This document shows positions 10,478-19,427 of a stretch of DNA of 64,000 bases, in pieces. Position numbers and translations under genes: made by a program. Numbering within the stretch: position 1 is the first letter of the stretch; every line of letters begins with the position of its first letter. Below the pieces are notes generated by a model. The model ran no database searches. It saw only the letters and a program-made list of their open reading frames with translations, and had not been told where the DNA came from. The DNA comes from a virus, in IMG/VR virus record IMGVR_UViG_3300035696_000013, positions 68,624-132,623 of that record; one strand, 5' to 3'.

Positions 10478-11160
10478 GTTACATACTTTCCCGACAAAAA
10501 TGCGGAAATTGCAGTGCCGAGTGGAATTCTGCAGTCGGAGTTGTAGGCACCACTCAAATTGCTGCTGCTCCTACAAAATGTCCTCATTGTGGGTCGACAA
10601 ATTTTACTAAGATTTCCGATAGTTGGGAAATGCTTCCTTCTATAGGAACTATGCTTGATCCTATTAAATTTGATTTCCCCCAAAAGCAAGCGCAAGATTT
10701 TCTTCCTCAAGAGCAATTTAGACACATTCAAATTGATTATCCCAATAATATCGCTTCGATTCCAATCGTAGGCAAATTGATCTACCTTGCTTCTCCCTAT
10801 ACGCATGAAAACATGGATATTCGTGTTGAACGTTTTAACCAAGTTTTAGATTGTTGCGGTTGGTTCATGAATCACTCCAAGAATGAGTTCTTCTATTCTC
10901 CTATTGCTCACACTCATCCTATCGCTATGCGTTGTACTCTACCGGGTGAATGGCAATTCTGGTCTGACTTTGACGAATGCATCCTTTCTCGTTGTAATGA
11001 AATCTGGATTCTTACTCTACCTGGATTTTCTAAATCAACCGGGGTTAAAGCAGAACGTAAAATTGCTGAGAGATTCGGTCTTCCTGTTCGTTTTATCATA
11101 AAGAATACAGATGGCAGTTACACAGTAACAGATACAGAGCCAGAAGATGTTGAAATATAA
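10474..11160 (+). CDS. Zn-ribbon plus DUF1937-like (deoxyribosyltransferase-fold) protein
   Basis: CxxC..CxxC N-terminus; IYLASPYT, YSPIAHTH, STGVKAE. Confidence 0.65.
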   Translation: MSYILSRQKCGNCSAEWNSAVGVVGTTQIAAAPTKCPHCGSTNFTKISDSWEMLPSIGTMLDPIKFDFPQKQAQDFLPQEQFRHIQIDYPNNIASIPIVGKLIYLASPYTHENMDIRVERFNQVLDCCGWFMNHSKNEFFYSPIAHTHPIAMRCTLPGEWQFWSDFDECILSRCNEIWILTLPGFSKSTGVKAERKIAERFGLPVRFIIKNTDGSYTVTDTEPEDVEI

Positions 11161-12166
11161 ATCTGTACTTCTCCCTACAGAGAAGATTAACTTTGTGTAT
11201 TCCACCGATTGGCACTTTAGTGATCGTCCGCCTGGTCGTCGTCGAGATAATTACAAGACAGCTATCTTAGAGAAAATCCATTTCATTCGCAGTATTGCTC
11301 AGCAGTATGAAGCCGTAGGTCTTTGCGGTGGTGACGTATTTCACTTAAAGAATCCAAAGCATCCCGCTAATAGTCTGAGTCTGGTTGTCGATATACTACA
11401 TGCGCTTCGTCAATTTCCTCTATTCACAGTCTTTGGTTCGATAGGTAATCACGATCTATCGTTCGATCGTATGGAATCATTGTCTAATCAACCCTTGGGT
11501 TTACTTATTGCCACAGGTGTGTATCATGATTTAAACACTGAACCAGTTTTATTCTTCAACAAAGACAGATCTTTCAGTGTGCTGGTAGAAACCTTCCCCT
11601 ACGAGAATAATGGGGCCAATACACTAAAACGCATCCTAGAAGCACCCGTTCGTCCTGCAGAAGCAACTTATCGTATTGGTATTGTTCATCAATATGGGGC
11701 ACCAGGAAATCGTGGTGATATGTGGGGAACACCCATTATTGGTTACAATGAAGTTCAAAACTGCGATTATGATATACTCCTCTGGGGCCATGACCATTCT
11801 CGTAAAGAAACAGTAACCGTAGGTAATACAACACATGTCAACCTGGGAAGTCTAGCACGAGCCGCGCTCCCCACAGATGAAGATGGACATCCGGTAGTAG
11901 CAACTTTGCTTTCTTTTACTAAAGAAGGAGCCTATCGTCCCCATGAGATACCCATTCCTATTCGTCCTTTAGAAACAGTATTTGCCGCAGCTGATAAAGG
12001 AATGGACAATGTGGGTAATTCTGAAGAAGTTTCGGATTTCTTTCAAAATATGGATACTTCTATAGAGAAAATGGATTCGGTAGATCCTCGCGAAGTTCTT
12101 AAGCTTCTATGCAGTGAAGACCCCGAAACATTGAATTTTACATTGGAATTGTGTAATTTTTCGTAG
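11147..12166 (+). CDS. SbcD/Mre11-like metallophosphoesterase nuclease
   Basis: DWH, GGDVFH, GNHD, GHDH, NLGSLAR. Confidence 0.8.
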   Translation: MLKYKSVLLPTEKINFVYSTDWHFSDRPPGRRRDNYKTAILEKIHFIRSIAQQYEAVGLCGGDVFHLKNPKHPANSLSLVVDILHALRQFPLFTVFGSIGNHDLSFDRMESLSNQPLGLLIATGVYHDLNTEPVLFFNKDRSFSVLVETFPYENNGANTLKRILEAPVRPAEATYRIGIVHQYGAPGNRGDMWGTPIIGYNEVQNCDYDILLWGHDHSRKETVTVGNTTHVNLGSLARAALPTDEDGHPVVATLLSFTKEGAYRPHEIPIPIRPLETVFAAADKGMDNVGNSEEVSDFFQNMDTSIEKMDSVDPREVLKLLCSEDPETLNFTLELCNFS

Positions 12167-12201
12167 CTCTTATTCCGACAACAATCGTAGTTTAGAAATA
12201 C

Positions 12202-12289
12202 GAGTGGGACTCTGGCCCAAAGAGAGTCGTGGAATATCCACACTCAGGGATGGCCAAATAGGCTGTCTAATAAAACGGAGAGTGATCCC
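12202..12289 (+). ncRNA. structured 5' leader or ncRNA candidate
   Basis: GAGT/ACTC enclosing GACTCT/AGAGTC and GTGGA/TCCAC; then a GGGAT/ATCCC domain. Confidence 0.35.
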
Positions 12290-12337
12290 AGCTGTTTAAG
12301 TAAAACTTTTGACAGTTGGGATCTACGAGGATGAAAA

Positions 12338-12952
12338 ATGGCTAATATCAATAAGGGAACGCCGATGATTTGGTTTTCGGCTGATAAGCACCTGTTCCAT
12401 GAATTTATGCTTCGGGGTGTGCCTCCAAAGAACCCGCCTGTTCGACCAATGTTCTCTACCGTCGAAGAGATGAACGAAACCATTGTCGCTCGCCACAATG
12501 AAGTTGTAAAGAAGGGTGATTTGGTGTATGAATTGGGCGACATGTTTCTTAAGTGCGATGTTGAAGCGGCTCGGCAAATGAAGCGTCGGATGACTGGCAA
12601 TTTCTATTACATCTTGGGAAACCACGAAGCTGTTACCGAAAATCTTACCGAAGAATTTGTTTGGATGCGCAATTTGGAACGTATCCGTCCACGTGCCTTT
12701 GCTGCTCCTCACATTACTTTGTGCCATTATGCTATGCGAACTTGGAATGGTTCGCACAAGGGAACTTGGCAATTGTATGGTCATTCGCATGGTCAATTGC
12801 CCGAACGTCCCGAACTTTTGTCATTTGATGTTGGGGTAGATTGCTGGAACTTTTACCCGATTTCTATCGAACAAGTAATAAAGAAGATGACGGCTAAGAT
12901 TCCTGCTTGGGAAGCTTGGAAGCAGCGAGTGGGTAGGTATGTAGGGATCTAG
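12338..12952 (+). CDS. calcineurin-like phosphoesterase
   Basis: ADKHLFH, LGD, GNHE, LCHY, GHSH, DVGVD. Confidence 0.85.
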   Translation: MANINKGTPMIWFSADKHLFHEFMLRGVPPKNPPVRPMFSTVEEMNETIVARHNEVVKKGDLVYELGDMFLKCDVEAARQMKRRMTGNFYYILGNHEAVTENLTEEFVWMRNLERIRPRAFAAPHITLCHYAMRTWNGSHKGTWQLYGHSHGQLPERPELLSFDVGVDCWNFYPISIEQVIKKMTAKIPAWEAWKQRVGRYVGI

Positions 12953-12961
12953 GGAGAAAGT

Positions 12962-13498
12962 ATGGATATGAAAGGTCATGGAGAGTTTTGTTACTATTGT
13001 CACAAACGTTGCAACTCATTAGCAGGAAATCCAGGTGAATGGCCTATTCCGCTTTGTCATGCTGATGATCCTGGTCGAGTAAAATGGCATCATATTGAAT
13101 GTGTTAGTATGCGTCTTAGAGGTTACGCTCGACTGGATAGTTTGTATCATAAGATGAAACACGATACATTTGGTGATGAACTATTAGGCACTTTACATAA
13201 TAATACTGATTGTGCAAAGTGTGAATTAGCTGAAATTCTAGGATACTCTTCCTATCTACCTTCCAAGTCAAAAAATTCAGTAGTAAAAACAGAAAGGAGA
13301 TCTTGGTCAAAATTCGAATGGTCTGAATTCCTGACAGGATTAGGTTTATTGACATGGATTGTTGCAACCTCTCATGAAAAACTTCAATTATTCCTCGGTT
13401 GTTTCGCAGTATTAATAATGGGAGAAGCCTTTTTTCACGAAGTATTCCGAAGAAAACTCAAGGGTGGTTCTGATGAACGAAATGTTGGGGATGTATAA
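12962..13498 (+). CDS. hypothetical Cys/His-rich membrane protein
   Basis: SD GGGAG; C-terminal hydrophobic segments. Confidence 0.55.
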   Translation: MDMKGHGEFCYYCHKRCNSLAGNPGEWPIPLCHADDPGRVKWHHIECVSMRLRGYARLDSLYHKMKHDTFGDELLGTLHNNTDCAKCELAEILGYSSYLPSKSKNSVVKTERRSWSKFEWSEFLTGLGLLTWIVATSHEKLQLFLGCFAVLIMGEAFFHEVFRRKLKGGSDERNVGDV

Positions 13499-14633
13499 GC
13501 AAGTTGCTGAGCTATTTTGTGAACGAATTAACAAAATTTTTGAATCCGAACAAACATTAGAAGCCGAATTCAAACGTAATTTTGAAAACCTTCCTTTCTC
13601 TCGTACAGATCACTGGCAAGCAATTTTGTATCGTGTCTTTAGAGATTGCTGGATGGAAAAGGGGCCAGCAGTTAAAGCCGAACCTACTGGCTATGATCGT
13701 CTAGCTGTACTTAAACAACTTTGTCCTATGCTGGACTACAATTTGTTCTCACAAGTGTTGTTGAATCTTCAGACTTACAATGGTTTAGCCTATCAAACTG
13801 CTGATGCTGAAAAAGAGATTGAACATTTAAAATCAGCTTGGGCCGAGAAACAGTATAAACTTGATCCTTTTGCTCCTAAAGTGAAAATGCTCAAGATTGC
13901 AGCAACAGCAGAAGAGCAAGAATTCAATACAGTTCTAAGCGCCATCCGTTCTCTCAGAATCATAGCTAACTTTACACCTATGATTAGTTTTCGAGTGTCG
14001 CCAAAAGGTTCAACTCCTGCCTTTGCCGACAGCAATAATGTCAGTATGCTAGGAATGGGAGCAGATAAATATCTAAAATTGCTGTCTTCGTTGGAAGCTT
14101 ACTACTTAATCTGGGAACCGGGTAGATTTATATCGGCTCAGCAGATGGGAGATGCAACTCCTGAGGGAATCAGATTCTTTGCACAGGGCATTCCTTATCC
14201 GTTTGTTTCTAAGTCTGGTGGGGAAATTCTTCAGGAAGTGTTGTTTGCTCGAAACTTGATGTATACAATCTTTAGAGCAATTGATGTCACTAGTACAAAT
14301 CTTATCCTTTTGCCGAGAATGAATTCTCTCTTAGTTGTAACGGATAAATCCAATGTAACAGTTAAACAATTACTCAAGAATTTGGAAGAGTATTACCCAA
14401 CGTTGAAAGTTCAAATAGGAAGCCGGATTCGTTCAGTAGAACAAGAGCATCCAATCTCTCGAGTTCCCGATCCTCCGGTATGGGCTATGAATGCAGCAAA
14501 GCAGATTTTTGGGCAACTTCCTCTTTCTCAATTTGACGGAACAAAGGATATGTTGGATCCTATTTCTGCTGCAAGAATAATTGAAAAAGAATGGGAAATT
14601 TTTTACGCAGAAAGAATTTCTGTCGAGCATTGA
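13464..14633 (+). CDS. hypothetical protein
   Basis: 389-aa ORF in the operon. Confidence 0.65.
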   Translation: MVLMNEMLGMYKQVAELFCERINKIFESEQTLEAEFKRNFENLPFSRTDHWQAILYRVFRDCWMEKGPAVKAEPTGYDRLAVLKQLCPMLDYNLFSQVLLNLQTYNGLAYQTADAEKEIEHLKSAWAEKQYKLDPFAPKVKMLKIAATAEEQEFNTVLSAIRSLRIIANFTPMISFRVSPKGSTPAFADSNNVSMLGMGADKYLKLLSSLEAYYLIWEPGRFISAQQMGDATPEGIRFFAQGIPYPFVSKSGGEILQEVLFARNLMYTIFRAIDVTSTNLILLPRMNSLLVVTDKSNVTVKQLLKNLEEYYPTLKVQIGSRIRSVEQEHPISRVPDPPVWAMNAAKQIFGQLPLSQFDGTKDMLDPISAARIIEKEWEIFYAERISVEH

Positions 14634-14637
14634 TTTT

Positions 14638-14871
14638 ATGAATTTTATTGACATTCTTAGCTGGACAGGTAATGTATTTATCTGTTTAGGTCTTTGGTAC
14701 ATCGGGACTAAAAAGTGGTGGGCATTCTTGTTCTCTATTATAGGCGAAGCAGTTTGGTTCGTTTATGCTATTGAAATTCGCATGTGGTCTTTAGCTTTCA
14801 TAACAGCAGTGTTTGCGGGTTTAGCGGTTCGTAATCTGTATCTTTGGAGGAAAAATGGCAGGTTCGTATAA
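14638..14871 (+). CDS. small 3-TM membrane protein (PnuC/PQ-loop-like)
   Basis: three TM helices, W-rich, ends in YLW. Confidence 0.45.
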   Translation: MNFIDILSWTGNVFICLGLWYIGTKKWWAFLFSIIGEAVWFVYAIEIRMWSLAFITAVFAGLAVRNLYLWRKNGRFV

Positions 14872-15214
14872 ACATTGCATTACGCCTGAGGGAAAATTCA
14901 GAAGCGAAGATTTCACTGATATGATAGAAAATCTCAGCGATGCTTATGAAGCATGCGAAGAAATGGTTTTCATGATTGATTTTCTCGCTGATGGTGATAG
15001 CTGTCGCATAGAGAATGCATTAGAAGCTTTTTATGCTTCTAAACAAAAAGAAATTGAAATGAAAAATGACTCAGAATTTGGTACAATAATTGGAGACGTA
15101 CATGGTGGTCAAATCATTTTAACCGAAACAGGTCAAAAGGTCTACCTCTCAATGGCTTTTAATCCCCTCACTGCTCAGCAACTGAAGGAAATTAAGGAAC
15201 AAATGGATGCTTAA
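14855..15214 (+). CDS. hypothetical protein
   Basis: GGAGG SD, 119 aa. Confidence 0.6.
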   Translation: MAGSYKHCITPEGKFRSEDFTDMIENLSDAYEACEEMVFMIDFLADGDSCRIENALEAFYASKQKEIEMKNDSEFGTIIGDVHGGQIILTETGQKVYLSMAFNPLTAQQLKEIKEQMDA

Positions 15215-15423
15215 GGATTCTTAGAAGTAAATGATAATAACAACTGTTAAACTCTATCCCGAACTTTTGATGTGGCCAGATGATTCATTTACATTAGAAT
15301 CCATTTGCCCTAAAGATTTTACAGAAACACCGAAAACACCAATTTTTCGTGGTTTTCCATATATTGGACCTGAAGTTGATTATAGAACAGTACAATGCAA
15401 TCTTTAAAATCAATCGCTAACGA

Positions 15424-15454
15424 ATACCTGATTTTTCGCTGTCTGCCGTATTAT
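15424..15454 (+). promoter_or_regulatory. phage promoter (TACCTGA-N16-GTATTAT) of tRNA array 1
   Basis: same bipartite motif and spacing as at 16611, 18752, 19391, 19673, 30247 and 54008. Confidence 0.7.
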
Positions 15455-15460
15455 ACGAAC

Positions 15461-15532
15461 ATGAACACGAATCTAAATTCGCACTTGTATACGCTGCTTA
15501 ATGGCAGCTGCGGCGAGATGTTGCTGGCCTAA
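15461..15532 (+). CDS. leader peptide MNTNLNSHLYTLLNGSCGEMLLA (putative attenuator of the Tyr/Leu tRNA array)
   Basis: ATG 6 nt after the -10 box (leaderless); Leu codons CTA, TTG, CTG, CTT and Tyr TAT match the downstream tRNAs. Confidence 0.7.
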   Translation: MNTNLNSHLYTLLNGSCGEMLLA

Positions 15533-15556
15533 AAACACTAGCAACCGATCGCAAGC

Positions 15557-15586
15557 AGCCGCCCGATGTGGCGGCTTTTTTATTTT
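15557..15586 (+). terminator. attenuator terminator
   Basis: AGCCGCC-cgatgt-GGCGGCT followed by TTTTTATTTT immediately before tRNA-Tyr. Confidence 0.85.
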
Positions 15587-15588
15587 AT

Positions 15589-15676
15589 GGAGTGGAAGTC
15601 ACAATGGTGTGACAGGAGGCTGTAACCCTCCCGCCCCTTGTGGGCACGATAGGTTCGATCCCTATCCACTCCACCA
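15589..15676 (+). tRNA. tRNA-Tyr(GTA)
   Basis: GGAGTGG/CCACTCC acceptor, CTGTAAC loop, long variable arm, GTTCGA, encoded CCA. Confidence 0.9.
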
Positions 15677-15739
15677 AGCTACAACGGTCCCGGTAGTCCT
15701 CTTCGGGCAACTGTGCGGGAATGGGAAAACCGCAACTAT

Positions 15740-15828
15740 GCCAGAGTGGTGGAATTGGTAGACACACTACGCTCAGAACGTAGCGGCAATTAACAGCCGT
15801 GCGGGTTCGAATCCTGTCTCTGGTACCA
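15740..15828 (+). tRNA. tRNA-Leu(CAG)
   Basis: cloverleaf, CTCAGAA loop, long variable arm, CCA. Confidence 0.92.
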
Positions 15829-15886
15829 AGTTTGATATATAAGGACATATATCTGTAGTAAAATGATATAATGTCGTATATACAGA

Positions 15887-15972
15887 GCGCCTGTGGTGAA
15901 ACGGCATACACGCTAGCTTGAGGTGCTAGTGATCGCAAGATCGTGGAGGTTCGACTCCTCTCAGGCGCACCA
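15887..15972 (+). tRNA. tRNA-Leu(GAG)
   Basis: GCGCCTG/CAGGCGC, TTGAGGT loop, CCA. Confidence 0.92.
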
Positions 15973-15992
15973 AAATCCTAGTATTAATCTGT

Positions 15993-16484
15993 ATGGATAA
16001 GAAATCCAAACAGTTAGGCATGAATTTTAGCACAGCATCTGCAAGATTAGATCGTATGATATTATTCATGCTGGTGAAAGAGTGCAATCGTGATACATGT
16101 TATCGTTGTAATAAGAAAATTGAACGATACCAGGATCTAAGTACGGAGCACAAAGAACCTTGGCAGGACATTGATTCAGCTTTGTTTTGGGATTTGGATA
16201 ACATTTCATTTTCACATCGTAGCTGCAATGCTGCAGCTGGAGCACGAGGCAGGTTGCCTGGAAATGAAAAAGCCTCTAAAGCTCCTTTTGGGACCGTATG
16301 GTGTTCGGGGCATAAAGATTATTTGCCTAAAGAAAATTTTCATCGGGAAGCTCGTAATAAAAGTGGTTTTTCAAGCTTGTGCAAAAAATGCTATAAAGAA
16401 CGAGAATATCCTGGTAGTTATGGCCGAGTGGCGAAATTGGTAGACGCGCATGGCTTAGAACCATGTGAGCTTGATCACTCGTAG
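15993..16484 (+). CDS. HNH-family endonuclease (homing-type) inside the tRNA array
   Basis: CYRC, STEHKEP, N.SFSH.SCN, C-terminal Zn-finger; 3' end overlaps tRNA-Leu(TAG). Confidence 0.7.
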   Translation: MDKKSKQLGMNFSTASARLDRMILFMLVKECNRDTCYRCNKKIERYQDLSTEHKEPWQDIDSALFWDLDNISFSHRSCNAAAGARGRLPGNEKASKAPFGTVWCSGHKDYLPKENFHREARNKSGFSSLCKKCYKEREYPGSYGRVAKLVDAHGLEPCELDHS

Positions 16485-16510
16485 GGGTTCGAATCCCTTC
16501 TCGGCCTCCA
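16422..16510 (+). tRNA. tRNA-Leu(TAG)
   Basis: GGCCGAG/CTCGGCC, CTTAGAA loop, CCA; discriminator is T. Confidence 0.88.
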
Positions 16511-16516
16511 AAGATT

Positions 16517-16603
16517 GGCCGAGTGGTGGAACTGGTAGACGCGGTAGCCTCAAAAGCTACTTCTCGCAAGAGAGTGGGGGTTCGACTCCCTCCTCGGTCA
16601 CCA
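16517..16603 (+). tRNA. tRNA-Leu(CAA)
   Basis: cloverleaf, CTCAAAA loop, CCA. Confidence 0.92.
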
Positions 16604-16657
16604 AATTATCTTACCTATCCCGTTGTTATCCTCCGTAGATTAAACATGGAGGATTAG

Positions 16658-17062
16658 ATGCTGTACTTCTCAAACAAGTGGGACATACTTGACATGGAAG
16701 ACCTCGCAGGAGGTCTCCAAATAGTCAGTCAGGGTCGTAGTAATCCTCCTATTGTCTTAGTTTACGTCTTCAATAAAGAAAAACAAATCTATTTTTACGA
16801 GATCTTTCGATGCCCGGTTACTCTAATGGGATTGGCCGAAGATCCCGATGCAATCATGGAAGCCAAATCAGAACAGGAAGCAATTGATATCCTGAACGGC
16901 ACCAGTGATGTCGCTGCGGCTGATATACTGATTGACCTTTCTGAAGGTCGTCCAGCTGGAGGCAGCAAGACCAAGCTACTCTTTAAGGGCACTCATCCCG
17001 CTACAAAGACAGCCGAATGGGTTCAAGCTTATTTGCAATCCATTGTCCCAGAAGTTTTATAG
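16658..17062 (+). CDS. hypothetical protein
   Basis: GGAGG SD and promoter motif at 16611. Confidence 0.6.
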   Translation: MLYFSNKWDILDMEDLAGGLQIVSQGRSNPPIVLVYVFNKEKQIYFYEIFRCPVTLMGLAEDPDAIMEAKSEQEAIDILNGTSDVAAADILIDLSEGRPAGGSKTKLLFKGTHPATKTAEWVQAYLQSIVPEVL

Positions 17063-17072
17063 GGAAAAGAAT

Positions 17073-17450
17073 ATGACCATCCTCGTTATCGACGATGAAG
17101 AAGATGTTTTGAAGGCTACGACTCGATATTTGAAAGATGCAGGATTTGATGTTTACGGTTCTCTAGGGGGAGAGAAAGGTGTTGAGGATTATCGTGAATT
17201 AGTACCTTTTAACAAGCGATTTGATTGTGTCATAACTGATTACAACATGTACGATATGGATGGTGTACATGTTGCTCTAGCTATTCGGAAAATTGAACCG
17301 AAACAAAAGATTATTATTTTCACAAATAGCTCAACTTTGGCTCAAACCTTTCACATTTATGGATTGAATGGTGTGAAAATAGTTGATAAAGGGAAGGGTG
17401 CTGGTACTTTGTTGACGGAGTTATGTGCTTTATTAGTGGAGTTGCAATGA
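17073..17450 (+). CDS. stand-alone response regulator receiver (CheY-like)
   Basis: ILVIDDE, DCVITDYNM..MDG, IIIFT, K. Confidence 0.8.
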   Translation: MTILVIDDEEDVLKATTRYLKDAGFDVYGSLGGEKGVEDYRELVPFNKRFDCVITDYNMYDMDGVHVALAIRKIEPKQKIIIFTNSSTLAQTFHIYGLNGVKIVDKGKGAGTLLTELCALLVELQ

Positions 17451-17773
17451 AAATCGAATTGTGGGAAATCCTGGTCCCGGTTAGGAACAAAGATGTTCCT
17501 ATCATCAAGCGTTTCCACAAGCGTTGGGATGCTAAGGTTCGAGCCATTACCGGAGGTCTTACTATTCGTCCGCCTGAAAAGGGGCAATGGCACAATTCTA
17601 AGATTGGTGCCGTAGAAGCAGAACAAATGATTCCGGTCAAGATTGCTGCTACACGAGAGCAGATGTTGCAAATTGGTCAAATGACCGCCGAATACTACAA
17701 TCAAGAAGTGGTCATGTTCTACCGTATCAGTGATGAAGTCATCTTCATGCGAAAGGATGGAAGCCTGTCATGA
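17447..17773 (+). CDS. hypothetical phage protein
   Basis: overlapping ATGA start. Confidence 0.65.
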   Translation: MKIELWEILVPVRNKDVPIIKRFHKRWDAKVRAITGGLTIRPPEKGQWHNSKIGAVEAEQMIPVKIAATREQMLQIGQMTAEYYNQEVVMFYRISDEVIFMRKDGSLS

Positions 17774-18081
17774 TGCCTCCTTGGGATATGACGAAGCACG
17801 AGCAAGCTGCGTTTGCTAGCAAGATTGCTGATGAACGTTATGCAAAAGTCATGAATTTGACTCCAAAGGCACGATTCAATTATTTAACAGCAAAAGGATG
17901 GGAACGAGTGAGCAAGTATACTGGTTCCGATTATATGTTTGTAACCTGGCGCAATCCCAGGAAAGAAAAAGGTCCTTGGGCTGTTATGAAGCAAACGCAA
18001 GCAATTCGATGCCAGATTTGGTACGACATGGAAGATGAAGGTTTGCTGATTCGAGCGAAAGAAGGATTGACAATTCTATGA
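17770..18081 (+). CDS. hypothetical protein
   Basis: coupled ORF. Confidence 0.55.
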   Translation: MMPPWDMTKHEQAAFASKIADERYAKVMNLTPKARFNYLTAKGWERVSKYTGSDYMFVTWRNPRKEKGPWAVMKQTQAIRCQIWYDMEDEGLLIRAKEGLTIL

Positions 18082-18299
18082 AGTTTAAGCCGGGTCAATA
18101 CTACTACACATGGTACGATAATGGCATTGGCATGACCACTGTTTTCTGCCGTGTAGTGAAAGTGACTCCGAAAATGGTCATCATTCGTGGCGAAGATTGT
18201 AAAAATACAAAGCGATGGATGCAGAGTTACTTCAAAGCTAACTATAGCCGGGTTGGCCCAAGTGATTGGCACCCGCAGATTCCGTTGGGAGAGGAGTAA
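18078..18299 (+). CDS. hypothetical protein
   Basis: coupled ORF. Confidence 0.55.
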   Translation: MKFKPGQYYYTWYDNGIGMTTVFCRVVKVTPKMVIIRGEDCKNTKRWMQSYFKANYSRVGPSDWHPQIPLGEE

Positions 18300-18305
18300 A
18301 ATAAC

Positions 18306-18560
18306 ATGTATTTTGATCCAGGTATTATTTTTGTTCTAATCATTTTAGCTGTGCTTGTGTTCGCTTCATTTGCTGGAAGTGATCGTGACCCCGGACTTGA
18401 TCGTAGTATGGATTGGCACCGTCGTAATGGGGATTATCGTGTGCAGTATCTCGATACAATTGATCCTCGAACGGGAAAATTTGCGGTTTCACAACCATTT
18501 ACATACGAAGTCGCTCTGTCTTATGCTCATATGTTCAACGGGAGAGTTATCTCCAGATAG
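18306..18560 (+). CDS. small membrane-anchored protein
   Basis: GAGGAG SD, N-terminal TM. Confidence 0.55.
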   Translation: MYFDPGIIFVLIILAVLVFASFAGSDRDPGLDRSMDWHRRNGDYRVQYLDTIDPRTGKFAVSQPFTYEVALSYAHMFNGRVISR

Positions 18561-18799
18561 GCAGGTCAGTCATGGCTTTCTATGTTGATCTCTCGGATGA
18601 ATGTAAGGATTTTAGCAAAGTTTGGATTTATATAGTAGCAGTGGTGGTAATCATGTTTGGGTCCGTTTGTGGTCTCATTCTCTGGCTAATTAGCAGGTAT
18701 TCTCCTCTCCTCCTTCGCCTACTCGCACAACACAAGGGATGAAAAACTTCGTTACCTGATAAGTTAACTTTTTAAGTAGTATGCAAGTGAGGAGTTACA

Positions 18800-19381
18800 A
18801 TGAAAAAGTTGTCTACCTTGGCTTTGCTGATTTTATTTTCATCTCTTTCTGTGCTCGCTCAAAATGTAAAACCACCACTTCCTCCTAAGCAATTGTCCTT
18901 CAAGGGACCAATTAAAGTTGCTATCGGTAACGAGAATGTTGACCCGCATGTAAAGGCTCAATTTCTCAACGCGATCGGCAATTCAGAACGATATGTCTAC
19001 ACAACTGACGATGAAACAAAAGTCATCAATGTATTTCTAGTCTGTTCTCACCCTTTAAATGGTAAAAATGAATCAATTGGAACAGTATGTGCTCTTACAG
19101 TTAACTACATTTCTCCTCTCTTTCGTGGAATTGCAATTTCTCTAGATATTTTTGTTCTCGCTTATCCTGATGATGTCAATGTTGGTCAAAAGGTATTCGA
19201 AAATGTGGTAGAACTAACAACAAATGAGAAATTAGACGAGGCCGAGGCTTTGGCTGAAAATGTGGCTACTATTTATTACAATTTTGGATTGGACGATTGC
19301 AAATCACCCGCCAAGAAACCCGATACCAATCCTGAACAGGAACCCATACTTCCTCCCGACACTACTATTGCTAAGACCTAA
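18800..19381 (+). CDS. secreted/periplasmic protein
   Basis: Sec signal MKKLSTLALL..VLA-Q; own promoter at 18752; GAGGAG SD. Confidence 0.7.
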   Translation: MKKLSTLALLILFSSLSVLAQNVKPPLPPKQLSFKGPIKVAIGNENVDPHVKAQFLNAIGNSERYVYTTDDETKVINVFLVCSHPLNGKNESIGTVCALTVNYISPLFRGIAISLDIFVLAYPDDVNVGQKVFENVVELTTNEKLDEAEALAENVATIYYNFGLDDCKSPAKKPDTNPEQEPILPPDTTIAKT

Positions 19382-19427
19382 TTTTCTTGTTTACCTGATT
19401 TTTCCGTTTATCCCGTATTATACAAGT

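Noticed and set aside
15424-15586. T-box riboswitch controlling the tRNAs
   Set aside because: No stem I/specifier and no UGGN T-box bulge; the leader is too short and an ORF-based model fits better.
15677-15735. HDV-like (theta) or twister ribozyme after tRNA-Tyr (GTCCC..GGGCAAC..GAATGGGA)
   Set aside because: Could not build the P3/L3 nested pseudoknot in the right order; retained only as an unassigned hairpin.
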